Positions 45,133 to 54,561 of a stretch of DNA of 64,000 bases are shown piece after piece. The position numbers and the translations under genes are program-made. The first letter of the stretch is position 1. Every line of letters starts with the position of its first letter. Where the stretch lies: IMG/VR virus record IMGVR_UViG_3300031993_000007, one strand, 5' to 3'. The notes beneath the pieces were generated by a model. It was not told the DNA's origin, ran no database searches, and saw nothing but the letters and a program-made list of their open reading frames with translations. The stretch is from a virus (Duplodnaviria; Caudoviricetes).

Positions 45133-45723
45133 CTAAGCTGGGAGAGTTGTAAGGTGAGTCCGGAGCCATTCGTCCGTATCTTTCAGTTCGCTTTCAAGAG
45201 ACATCAGCTTGTCGAAACGAGAGAACATGTCTACTAAAGACTTCATTGCAATCTTTTCGTAGTCATTTTCAAAGACGTATTCTGCACGCTTGTAGATTTC
45301 AAACTCGTTGCGGATATACTCTTCAGAGCGTTCTTCGCCACGAACTTTCAGAGCCTCTTCGAGAGACCTATGGATACCCACAATCTTGTAAGTGACCTTG
45401 GAACGGTCAATCTTAGCGATGAAGTCATCCAGCCCTTCATTGTTCAAGACAATGATTCCTGTGCGGGTATCGAACATCGGAGTAGGAATACTACCATAGT
45501 GCTTGCCATTAATGGTGCAGCAGCCAATCAGCTTGCTCTGTTCTTCGGCGAACTGTTCTTCAGATACAAATTTGTATGCTGACGGCGATTCACGATCCCG
45601 GCGCTTTCGGGTAGTGTACTGCTCCACATTGACAAATGTCATCGGGGCAAACTGCGTGAGAATGTTCTTTACGGTGCTTTTGCCAGTTCCTGACGCACCA
45701 ACGAATATAAGATATTTTTGCAT
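45133..45723 (-). CDS. gmk: Guanylate kinase-like nucleoside monophosphate kinase
   Basis: GASGTGKST, TTRKRR.RE, YKFVSEEQF, HYG. Confidence 0.8.
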   Translation of the reverse strand: MQKYLIFVGASGTGKSTVKNILTQFAPMTFVNVEQYTTRKRRDRESPSAYKFVSEEQFAEEQSKLIGCCTINGKHYGSIPTPMFDTRTGIIVLNNEGLDDFIAKIDRSKVTYKIVGIHRSLEEALKVRGEERSEEYIRNEFEIYKRAEYVFENDYEKIAMKSLVDMFSRFDKLMSLESELKDTDEWLRTHLTTLPA

Positions 45724-45871
45724 ATGGATTCTCCATCGTTGTGTCATTTAAGTGTTTGGGGCAGCTGAGCTTCAGCACCTAGGTGAGAATTCCAAAACCT
45801 GCTAAATTCTTTTCGCGCAATTAAATAAGATATTTTTAGTATAGAAATAGATAGTAGTAACATTTTAATTG

Positions 45872-45938
45872 TCTAATTTTAAAATCTATAATTTTATTAA
45901 TAAAAATATATAAAATTTAGATAGATTTATAAATTAGA
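45872..45938. repeat. AT-rich imperfect nested inverted repeat at the divergent strand switch
   Basis: TCTAATTTTAAAATCTAT / ATAGATTTATAAATTAGA (16 of 18) enclosing AATTTTAT / ATAAAATT. Confidence 0.6.
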
Positions 45939-45963
45939 TCTGTCAAATTCAAAAAGGAACACT

Positions 45964-47175
45964 ATGAGAATAGTACCCATTGATATAGACAAATTGTTTG
46001 ATCCAAATCGTGTAATTTCTAATGCAGAAATTATGGATAAGGATAGACAGTTTACCGATAACGGTGTATATAGCGAAAAGATCTTTGGTTCTCTAAACGG
46101 GGATGATCTTGAGTACGCATGTAAATGCGGAAAAGTCCACGGAAGAATTACTGAAGGTATGCTGTGTACAGAATGTGGAACTAGGGTCTATGCAAAACAG
46201 GCAATCATCTCACGAATGGGATGGATAGATCTTGGAGACCACAAAGTCATTAACCCCAGATTTATGGGGTTCATTCAGAGCTATATTGGCGTCACAAGGT
46301 TAAAGCGGTATCTGTATGACCGTATCGAAATCGATGTGGATGGCAATGCAAAGCTAACTGAAGAGGATCCATCTAAGAAATCTAAGGATCCGCTCCCAGA
46401 ATGTATTGGAATGGGAGTCACCGACTTCATCGCTAATTTTGATAGTATCCTTGAAGTCTATCACGGAATCAGGAAGGACGAAAAGATTGAAGTCTATAAC
46501 TTCTTGAGGAAGTACAGGAATTTACTCTTTATCTCCAAGATCCCGGTATACAGTCCGAGATTGAGGCCAGTTGTAATTATCGGAGATAAAGTCATTTCAG
46601 ACCAAGTCAACCAATTCTATCAACAGATTATCAAACTGGTTGCAGGTCTAAAAAGCCTTGGAAGAGACAGAACTCCACTAAGCGAAAATCCTTATGTCAA
46701 CAAGATCCAAGAGATCCTAGAAGAAGTTGACAACAGTGTGATTCTGGCTCTAAATGGCAAAAAGGGACTCATCCGAAACACGGTATTAGGGTCTCGTCTC
46801 AATTTCAGTACCCGATGTGTGATTACGCCACTTTCAGTTGGAACCGAAGTGGACGAAATCCATGTACCGTATGTGGTAGGTTTGGAATTGTTCAAGCTCG
46901 AAATCTTGAATTACCTGAGAACAAAATATGGAATCTCGTACTTCGATGCAATGGTAAGATTCATGAAGGCGATCAATGTCTTTGATGAGGATATTTACAC
47001 CTTCTTAAACGAACGTATCGAAGGCGGTCGTCCTGTACTCCTGAACCGAAATCCGACTATCTCGGTAGGAAGTATCTTGCGAATGCGCATAACCCACATT
47101 AAGAGAGACATCAGCGACAAAACCATGTCTATTCGTAATAATGTCTTGAAGTTCTTAAACGGGGATTACGACGGT
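45964..47175 (+). CDS. RNA polymerase beta'-like subunit, N-terminal part (probably non-virion RNAP), exon 1
   Basis: VYSEKIFG, CKCG..CTECG zinc site, RMGWIDL, LRP, GKKGLIR..LGSR.NFSTR.VI, LNRNPT, NGDYDG. Confidence 0.9.
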
Positions 47176-48261
47176 TGGTTATTTGCTATAGCAGCTTAGA
47201 AGAATCATTGTATTTATTGAATATTTGTGCATTTTGAAGATAAACTGCCATTACAACTTCTAAAAATAACATTAAATTGTAATTTTGAGGTTAATATGGC
47301 CGTTAAACTTTCTGAAGAAGAATTCTATAAAAGAATTAAGGAAATCGGTACTATTGAGGTAGTAGGAAGTTATCCTGGATCTTCAATGGGAAGAACCGAC
47401 TTTAAATGTAAAACTTGTGGTCATCAGTGGAATGCCAAGGTACTTAACATTGTCAACGCTGATATTACAAGTCGAACAGGTTGTCCTGAATGTGCTGCCA
47501 AAAGAAGGTTAGTACATTTGAATAAACCAAAAGCCAATTATCTCGCTTCATTATTAAAGCAAAGAAAAGATGGTAAGCAATATAAATGGCTTGGTAAATA
47601 TCATAAGGATAACAAAGAAAAAATAGAAATTCTTCATAAAGCATGTGGGCAAAAGTTTCTCTGTAGGCCGAATGACTTTCAACAGGGTTACGGATGTCCA
47701 TTTTGCAGAAAAGGTATTGTAGAAAAAATATTTCGTGTCTATCTGCGAGTAATGTCTTCCGATGATCAAAAACTTATTAAGATAGGAATAGATCGCACAG
47801 GACATAGAATGCGAAATAATTATAGAGGATTTCATATCGACGAAACCTTTATGTCTAATTATACCGATGAAAAAACTGCACGAAGAATTGAAAGATACAT
47901 ATTGAATCTTTTTGCATCGCACAAGGAAGAACCTAAAAAGAAATTTTCTGGGTTTACCGAATGCTTCAAATATAGCGAAGAAGTATATGGCTGTCTTAAA
48001 ACGCTCTTAATTGCTGGAACACCCTTAGAGCTTAAAGTACCGCTACAACGGTAAAAATCTTTAAGATTGGGCAATCAGCAGCCAAGGTTTGCTAATAGAT
48101 TAGCATTCAAGGTTCAACGACTATCCCGCAAGGGAGTAGGACTCAAGTGAGCCCGAAATGGAGCGCCTCTTCTAAATAAGAGTGAAGATATAGTCTGATC
48201 TACAAAGAAATTTGTAGCTGCGAAAGCGAATACGAATTAACGACTCGTATTGAACACAATG
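47176..48261 (+). mobile_element. Group I intron inside the RNAP catalytic DxDGD motif
   Basis: P AATTGCTGGAA, Q AATCAGCAG, R TTCAACGACTA, S AAGATATAGTC; internal guide at 47983-47995 pairs with both exons; splicing restores NGDYDG-D. Confidence 0.92.
47296..48054 (+). CDS. Intron-encoded homing endonuclease (zinc-ribbon repeats plus GIY-YIG/T5orf172-like domain)
   Basis: CKTCGHQW..GCPEC, H.ACG..GCPFC, VYL..IKIGI..R..ARRIE..GFTECF; GAGG RBS; late promoter at 47268-47279. Confidence 0.8.
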   Translation: MAVKLSEEEFYKRIKEIGTIEVVGSYPGSSMGRTDFKCKTCGHQWNAKVLNIVNADITSRTGCPECAAKRRLVHLNKPKANYLASLLKQRKDGKQYKWLGKYHKDNKEKIEILHKACGQKFLCRPNDFQQGYGCPFCRKGIVEKIFRVYLRVMSSDDQKLIKIGIDRTGHRMRNNYRGFHIDETFMSNYTDEKTARRIERYILNLFASHKEEPKKKFSGFTECFKYSEEVYGCLKTLLIAGTPLELKVPLQR

Positions 48262-48423
48262 GATGTACTTAATCTGTTCTTGATTCTCATGGAAAAGTAC
48301 GATCAGAGCTTTAAGAAGCTGAGCCCACAGAATTTGTTGTTCAGCTTTGATGACGGAAAGTTTAACTCTAACCTAGGTTTCAGCAAGGATTACCTCCTTG
48401 GCTTGCAAACCTTAATCATGTAG
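48262..48423 (+). CDS. RNAP beta'-like subunit, exon 2
   Basis: [26 protein letters not shown]...LIM*; supplies the third catalytic Asp. Confidence 0.88.
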   Translation, partial: DVLNLFLILMEKYDQSFKKLSPQNLLFSFDDGKFNSNLGFSKDYLLGLQTLIM

Positions 48424-48427
48424 GCTT

Positions 48428-48748
48428 ATGGGGAAAAAGTTCGATAAACACCTTTCAAAGGCAAATCAACATAAGAAAGAAGAGCCGATCCAAGTTCTTG
48501 GGCTAGTAACTGAAGTCCTTGGTGGAGACAAATTTAAGATCAAGCTCGATAATGGGCATGAACTGATCGGTTACATTTCGGGTGATCTGCGCAGGTTTAA
48601 GATCCGAGTCCTGCCGGATGACTACGTTAAGGTAGAGCTTAGTCCTTATGACTTGAATAGAGGAAGAATGACTTTCCGTTACAAGAACGAGGCCAAGGCT
48701 CGAGAAGAATTCAAAAATCCGAAGAAATTTACAAAGCCAGGAACCTAG
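48428..48748 (+). CDS. infA: Translation initiation factor IF-1
   Basis: G.VTEVL...[38 protein letters not shown]. Confidence 0.92.
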   Translation: MGKKFDKHLSKANQHKKEEPIQVLGLVTEVLGGDKFKIKLDNGHELIGYISGDLRRFKIRVLPDDYVKVELSPYDLNRGRMTFRYKNEAKAREEFKNPKKFTKPGT

Positions 48749-48838
48749 ATGGGTTTGGTCTTGGGTTTCTGTGCATGGGCTGTTATCGACCTGATAACAG
48801 TCCGTTTTATTCATGTCTCAACCAGAAAGAAGGTAAAT

Positions 48839-49042
48839 ATGACAGACGAACAATTTGCTAGGCTTGAATCCATTGTCAATGAATTGAACAAGGAAGCAAG
48901 TATCAATATTGTTCTTGAAAAGCAATTTGGATCTATGGGTGCATACTTGAAGCCTCATAAGGATGATTGGTGTAACCTTGAAGGTTATAATTTGCTTGGG
49001 CAACTTAGAATCATTATGAATCTCTTGAAGGACGTTAAATAA
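48839..49042 (+). CDS. Hypothetical protein
   Basis: AAGGT RBS before ATG 48839. Confidence 0.55.
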   Translation: MTDEQFARLESIVNELNKEASINIVLEKQFGSMGAYLKPHKDDWCNLEGYNLLGQLRIIMNLLKDVK

Positions 49043-49623
49043 TGGGAAAGCAGATATTTTTGATTCGACATGCTCCTACCGAAGCCAATCTCACGGGATC
49101 TATTCGGCAAAATTATGGGGATGAACCCATCCTTGATGTTAATCAGAAAGACTTGCAGAGATGGCATGACAATATTGGAGACAATATTCCAGATGGAAAA
49201 AGACGGTTGTACATCAGTCCGGCTTACAGATGCCGACAAACTGCGCAGCTGCTGTTTCCGACCCTGGAGCCGTTAAAGTGCGACGAACTAAAGGAATTTG
49301 ACTGTTGTGGTCTAGGTTCCAAGAAATTTTGGGAAGTGTCTCAGATTGAGTTTGAAAGTATGGTGCATTTTAGCTCATTTGACATGGGCTATCAAGCCGA
49401 TAACTTCTTGAAGACTTGTCAACTGACCTCTCCGGATATTATCATTGGGATCAGCCACGGAATGTTTATCCGTTATATGTATCACTTCATGACTGGCAAC
49501 AGAGATATTAGCCCATACGAAGTCATAAACAGTAAAGGATTTTCATTTGCGAATCTTGACATGCTAGAAATCAACATGGAAAAGCACAACGTAAAAGTGT
49601 ACAGATTTAATGATAAAGTCTAG
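49042..49623 (+). CDS. Histidine phosphatase family protein
   Basis: LIRHA.T..N, SP..RC.QTA, LKE, SHG. Confidence 0.85.
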   Translation: MGKQIFLIRHAPTEANLTGSIRQNYGDEPILDVNQKDLQRWHDNIGDNIPDGKRRLYISPAYRCRQTAQLLFPTLEPLKCDELKEFDCCGLGSKKFWEVSQIEFESMVHFSSFDMGYQADNFLKTCQLTSPDIIIGISHGMFIRYMYHFMTGNRDISPYEVINSKGFSFANLDMLEINMEKHNVKVYRFNDKV

Positions 49624-49665
49624 TACAAAAATTTATCCCTAGGTTCGCCCTAGGGATTTTATTTT

Positions 49666-50109
49666 TTAGAAAACAAACTTGCCTTCAGCGGTAATAGATC
49701 CGTAGAAGCACAGGTGTTTTTCTTTGGCCAAAGCCGGATTTTTCTTGATGGTTTCCTTGATGCCTTCCAAAGCTGCCTTTACGCCTTCTCCGACAAATTC
49801 GCCAGAAGCCCATCCGGGATAAGACAAATGGCAGACTCCCCATTCATCAAGATATCCACTCCAGCACATCGTTCCGGAAAAGTACAAACCATTACCAGTA
49901 AAGCAGAAAGCTTTGGACGGATAATCATCCTCATTTCGATAGATCCGATCTGGCAATAAGCTCGGATCCTTGCCTTCGTCGAGCAATTCCTGAACCTTGG
50001 CATTATGAGCTTCGTCAATGGCTAAGCCGATATCCTTGTTTGAAAGATCTTCCTCTTCTACAGGTATTTCTGAAGCCAACTCACAATCAAAGAATTTTGT
50101 ATAATTCAT
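49666..50109 (-). CDS. Hypothetical protein
   Basis: AAGGAG RBS; late-like AACCATTTATTG at 50130-50141. Confidence 0.7.
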   Translation of the reverse strand: MNYTKFFDCELASEIPVEEEDLSNKDIGLAIDEAHNAKVQELLDEGKDPSLLPDRIYRNEDDYPSKAFCFTGNGLYFSGTMCWSGYLDEWGVCHLSYPGWASGEFVGEGVKAALEGIKETIKKNPALAKEKHLCFYGSITAEGKFVF

Positions 50110-50192
50110 GTTACTCCTTTGTTAAAGTTCAATAAATGGTTCAAGATGGCTGGACTTCCACTCAACTCTGGATTGTTAACAAAGGAAGAATT

Positions 50193-50606
50193 ATGAACGG
50201 CGAAGATTTGTTCAGTGAAGAAAAACCTAAGGAAACCGAAGAAGAAGGTTTGAACAAAGATACCTTCCGTAGGGTTCTAAACATCATTCAAGATTTTCAG
50301 CAGCAAATCCAGATTTGGCATGTGAATACCAAGGGAAGATTCCACTTGGCTACTGAAAAAGCTTATGATGATCTTAAAGAACCTCTTGATGGCCTTCTGG
50401 AGGCATACGAGTTTGAAAATGGCGAATATGCTAAGGAAGACTATCCGAAGCTGGAAAGCAGTTTCTCTGCTGAAAGGGCAACTGCTAAGGGCAAGAAGTT
50501 TATCCTTATGATGAACAAGATTGCCAAGGATATTGACGACGAAGGCATCAAGAGCTATATCGGCGATGTGATTAATGTCGTCCGTTCAATGTGCTTCAAA
50601 TTCTAA
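50193..50606 (+). CDS. Ferritin/Dps-like (DUF5856-like) protein
   Basis: WHVNTK...HLA....YD.L....D.LLE.Y; late promoter at 50164-50175. Confidence 0.65.
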   Translation: MNGEDLFSEEKPKETEEEGLNKDTFRRVLNIIQDFQQQIQIWHVNTKGRFHLATEKAYDDLKEPLDGLLEAYEFENGEYAKEDYPKLESSFSAERATAKGKKFILMMNKIAKDIDDEGIKSYIGDVINVVRSMCFKF

Positions 50607-50696
50607 AATTTAGCGTTGCTAATCCCTATGCTGCGAGGCATAGGGATTTTTTATAAGTTTATAGCTTCAAAACTCTCTATTAGCTAAAGGTATATT

Positions 50697-52049
50697 ATGC
50701 AAACATCACAAAAGGTATCATTTAAGCAGGCGAACGTAAGTTCGAGCGCTATCCTTAGCGCTGTAACTGGAGAAGTTCGCCGTTGGATACAGATGCAGTT
50801 TCCTGAAGGATTTTTCAAGTATATCAGGATCACCAGTGGCCTTCCGTCTGTAGACGACAATGAAGGCGAAGAGGAGATGCTTCATAAGTACCGCAAGAGC
50901 AATCCAGCCTTGGCCATTCGTCCGAGGATGCAGTTTCAGAATGATATCATTGGTGGGGCTCTTCAGAATCCGTCTCCATTCTATTATGAGAATCTAGGCC
51001 CGGACTCGCATTATTATACTCTGGCTACAATCCCGGAGTACATGCAACGCATTTCTTTTTTGCTTGAATACTGGAAGTGCAATTTCACTATTGGCATTCG
51101 TGTAGAGACTGAAATTCAGGCTATGGATATCGTGGGTATGCTAAATACCCGTATCTTCCCTGAAAACTATTTCTACATTGAAAGTGCTCCGCTCCTGATC
51201 GAAATTCCTGTAACGATTTTGGCTAGAAGTGCTGCTGATATTGGGTTCGATCTCAATAAGGCAGATGACGTAGAAGTTTACATTGATCTCTTGAAGCATA
51301 GTACCAAGTTTCCTCTGGACATCAAGCTCCGTCGTGATAATGGCAAAAAGATTGTCGCATTTTTGATGACTTCTAACATCCTATGCAGATGCGAGAAGTT
51401 ACCTGACGTAGAAGCCAACAAGCGCAACCGTGTGCAGGATGACACCAAAATTCAATTTGAAATGACAGCTCAGCTGTCGTATCCGAAGTTGTGGAAAGTC
51501 TTAACGGAACTTCCGATCCTTGATGACCACGGAAATCTTAGAGATACCGGAGAGACTGCAAATATATCTCCGTTCACTAGTTCCGGATTTACTGGTAAGG
51601 GCGTAATGCTCAATTACGCAGTAATGGCTGTCTTACCTCCGAACATTCCCGGAACTAGTAAGAGACTCGTGTTCAAGCAGAATTTTGTAGTCGAGCCTGA
51701 TAAGCTGGTGGATACCCTTGAACTAGGCGGAATTCTGCCTAAAGATATCGATGCGTTTATCACAGACGCTATGAGAAATCATCGTCAGGATATCCTAACT
51801 GACGCTTGCATCTTCAGGCTTTGGCGTGACGAAGCCGAGTTGAATCCTCAAAGCTTCCACTTTGACTTTAGGACAAAGACCCTAAGCGTCGATGATCCAC
51901 GACCGAATTACATCTATCGTGTTGGAATTTATATGGAGTCCAATCTCCTCCATAAGTATGAAGCAATGTTACAAGGTGTTAACGATCTTTCTATGCACTT
52001 TGACCATGATCTAATCCAAGGAAATTATAATGGCGAACCAAAAACCTAA
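50697..52049 (+). CDS. Putative virion structural protein
   Basis: Late promoter AACTCTCTATTA at 50671-50682; first gene of a structural operon. Confidence 0.6.
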   Translation: MQTSQKVSFKQANVSSSAILSAVTGEVRRWIQMQFPEGFFKYIRITSGLPSVDDNEGEEEMLHKYRKSNPALAIRPRMQFQNDIIGGALQNPSPFYYENLGPDSHYYTLATIPEYMQRISFLLEYWKCNFTIGIRVETEIQAMDIVGMLNTRIFPENYFYIESAPLLIEIPVTILARSAADIGFDLNKADDVEVYIDLLKHSTKFPLDIKLRRDNGKKIVAFLMTSNILCRCEKLPDVEANKRNRVQDDTKIQFEMTAQLSYPKLWKVLTELPILDDHGNLRDTGETANISPFTSSGFTGKGVMLNYAVMAVLPPNIPGTSKRLVFKQNFVVEPDKLVDTLELGGILPKDIDAFITDAMRNHRQDILTDACIFRLWRDEAELNPQSFHFDFRTKTLSVDDPRPNYIYRVGIYMESNLLHKYEAMLQGVNDLSMHFDHDLIQGNYNGEPKT

Positions 52050-54534
52050 TTACATTTCGGAAAGGCAGCGCTACATTCCGAATATCTTTGATACAGCTGC
52101 TCCGGCTGAGGTGACAAAGTGCCTTGACTATGATACCCAGATGTCTGAGCTTTTAGCTAAATATTCTTTGCTATTTAAATGCGAAAATATTGCAGCTGTT
52201 GAAAATATTGAAGAGCTTAGGAGTACAAGGCGCGGTACTAAATTCTTGGGGATGTGCGAAGCCAAGTTTGGTAGTGCTGCTACTCAAGGTGGCGATGACA
52301 AATTTAGGATCGTTATCGTAAAAAATTATCGTGGTGTAAGAATCAGCCGTAACTTTGACGAAGATCAGAAGATTCTTATCTTCGACGAAAACGGTTTCTT
52401 GGCTGGATCTCCAACGGGATTTTCTGTAAGTAACTCCTCTGAAGATAAAGCCTTCATGATGGTAGCAGACGGAGTGCTGTACATCGCCTTTAGACATCTT
52501 CGCTATGATTCTCAAGCCGATGATGAGCGAGATACTACCTGCGAGAACAGCTACACGTCCTCAAAGAATTTCCATGTTGTCGGTGTAGTTATGACTCAGC
52601 CGAATTTTACGGCTGCTCCGTCCGTATCGATTATCGAAGGCAATAACACCGACAGTGATTACTTCTCTGATAATTGCAGGACTAGACAAGACACTAATAA
52701 GATTCCTAAGAAGATTGGAATTCTAATAAACAATCCTCCTACCGGAATGTCGGCCTATGATATCTCAAGGTGGATTTCTTATTACAGAACTGACAGTAAC
52801 TTCGAACATGGTCTGTTCGTGAAGATAGACCTAGAAGAATATGCAGAGTTCCTGGAGGACTATGAAGCTAATCATTCTTCTGTAGAGGATTTTCTCGATA
52901 GCGAAGCTTCTGGATTGAGCTTCAGCGGAAACTATGGCGGTCTAAATAACCTTCGGAACATCTACAAGGAAATAGCTAGGATTTTGCGCGATAGATCTAA
53001 ATTCGTGTATTCTATAGCTATAGACAAAGAAGCCTACACTCCGAGTGTAAACGAAGATGGCATTCAGTTTGCTCTGGAAGATTATTCTGAAGGTGTAAAA
53101 GGTCTTCAGCTGAAGATCATTGATAACTACCAGTCGTTCTACGCCAATGGAGACTGCACAGTAACCTTTATGCCTAGATTCCTTCCTGAAGGCTCGCAGT
53201 TCTTCGCCCAAAATCGTGAAAAGACCTTCCGCTGTCAGTTGAGGTTAAAGCATAACCAGAATGGCAAGTATTCAATCACCAGTATCGGCGATAATGATGT
53301 ATATGGCCAAGCTCTTAGACGTCTAAAGCTCTTTGATGAAGATCATGGCTTGTATGCCATTCCTCTAACTTCTTATGATTGGGTATCTTCTATCAGCGGA
53401 TCAACGCCGCTTCCGGTGGATGGTGTTCCGTGTCTGTTAGCTAAAACTCCAGATGTAATGATGTGGATTGATGGCGTAAAAATGGTTCCGTACATTGACT
53501 ACACGGTAGAGGAAGGATCCTCTTCTAGTATCTCTGGCGGACAGCACATCAAGATGCGCCGTCTTCCGGGTCACAGTGCAGCTCCTACAGCTGGAAATGA
53601 TGAATACACGGATGACGATCCAATGTTCCCTCTTCCGCTTGCTGGTGCAGAGTATACCATTAACGTCGTTCTGACAGCACAGCGAGGCTGTTCTCCTGTT
53701 GCCTTTGGAAGTCCTTCTACTGTCTATGAATGCGACGGTATTCTGGAAAGATATATTGGGCCGATGCCTCCTGAGCAAGGTACAGACCCGGTTTATCCGG
53801 CAGATAGACAGGTATATCCAGGAAACCTAAGCGAAAAGTCTGTGCTATTCCGTCTGAAGAATTCTTCCGATGATTTTGAGGTTAATGCTGCACTTAACTA
53901 CGGGGCATTCAAGATGTTCCCAGTCGGAGCATTAGCTGATACGGCTATTCTTCATTTCCAAAACGGAAGATACATCCCTACTGCCTCTTACGAATATCGG
54001 GTGGCTGGTGACCGAATCTTTGTGTCTAACAGCAAATTCGAAAACTTGCAAGATATGGAATTCCATATCTTCTTGGACATGTGTATCCCTAAGATCACAG
54101 AGATTTCGGATACGCTTTCGAGGGAAGAAGGCAATTTTGACAAGATGTTCAAATACTTCTTCTCCATAGCAGCTATAACTCCGGGCAGTGCTCAAGAGTC
54201 TTATGTCAATGACAGGATGCGAGACTTTGTGAGCTATACAACCGGCTTAAGCTGGACTGAAGAAGAAACAAAGCAAACTCTCGCCGGAGACAACTTCTTA
54301 GGCTTTGCAAGATGGATTAATACCAGCTCTAGCTTGGAATATGGTGCGCTCAACACTTATATCGCACATCATGGATATACGGACGATCCGCTGTCTGGTA
54401 ATTCCTTCGAAGACGATGTGGTTCTTGATGCTAACCGTAATCTTTCGAACGAAGGCTTCCGCAGTATCAACATCGACCCGTCTGAACCTACTATCACTGG
54501 TGAGGTTCTCGATGTACCCGATCAGAATATTTAA
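52030..54534 (+). CDS. Putative virion (tail/baseplate) protein
   Basis: 834 aa, beta-rich, WIDGVKM.P..DYTV and FQNGRYI motifs; late operon. Confidence 0.55.
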   Translation: MANQKPNYISERQRYIPNIFDTAAPAEVTKCLDYDTQMSELLAKYSLLFKCENIAAVENIEELRSTRRGTKFLGMCEAKFGSAATQGGDDKFRIVIVKNYRGVRISRNFDEDQKILIFDENGFLAGSPTGFSVSNSSEDKAFMMVADGVLYIAFRHLRYDSQADDERDTTCENSYTSSKNFHVVGVVMTQPNFTAAPSVSIIEGNNTDSDYFSDNCRTRQDTNKIPKKIGILINNPPTGMSAYDISRWISYYRTDSNFEHGLFVKIDLEEYAEFLEDYEANHSSVEDFLDSEASGLSFSGNYGGLNNLRNIYKEIARILRDRSKFVYSIAIDKEAYTPSVNEDGIQFALEDYSEGVKGLQLKIIDNYQSFYANGDCTVTFMPRFLPEGSQFFAQNREKTFRCQLRLKHNQNGKYSITSIGDNDVYGQALRRLKLFDEDHGLYAIPLTSYDWVSSISGSTPLPVDGVPCLLAKTPDVMMWIDGVKMVPYIDYTVEEGSSSSISGGQHIKMRRLPGHSAAPTAGNDEYTDDDPMFPLPLAGAEYTINVVLTAQRGCSPVAFGSPSTVYECDGILERYIGPMPPEQGTDPVYPADRQVYPGNLSEKSVLFRLKNSSDDFEVNAALNYGAFKMFPVGALADTAILHFQNGRYIPTASYEYRVAGDRIFVSNSKFENLQDMEFHIFLDMCIPKITEISDTLSREEGNFDKMFKYFFSIAAITPGSAQESYVNDRMRDFVSYTTGLSWTEEETKQTLAGDNFLGFARWINTSSSLEYGALNTYIAHHGYTDDPLSGNSFEDDVVLDANRNLSNEGFRSINIDPSEPTITGEVLDVPDQNI

Positions 54535-54561
54535 TTTCTAACATTCAAACAAGGACAAATC

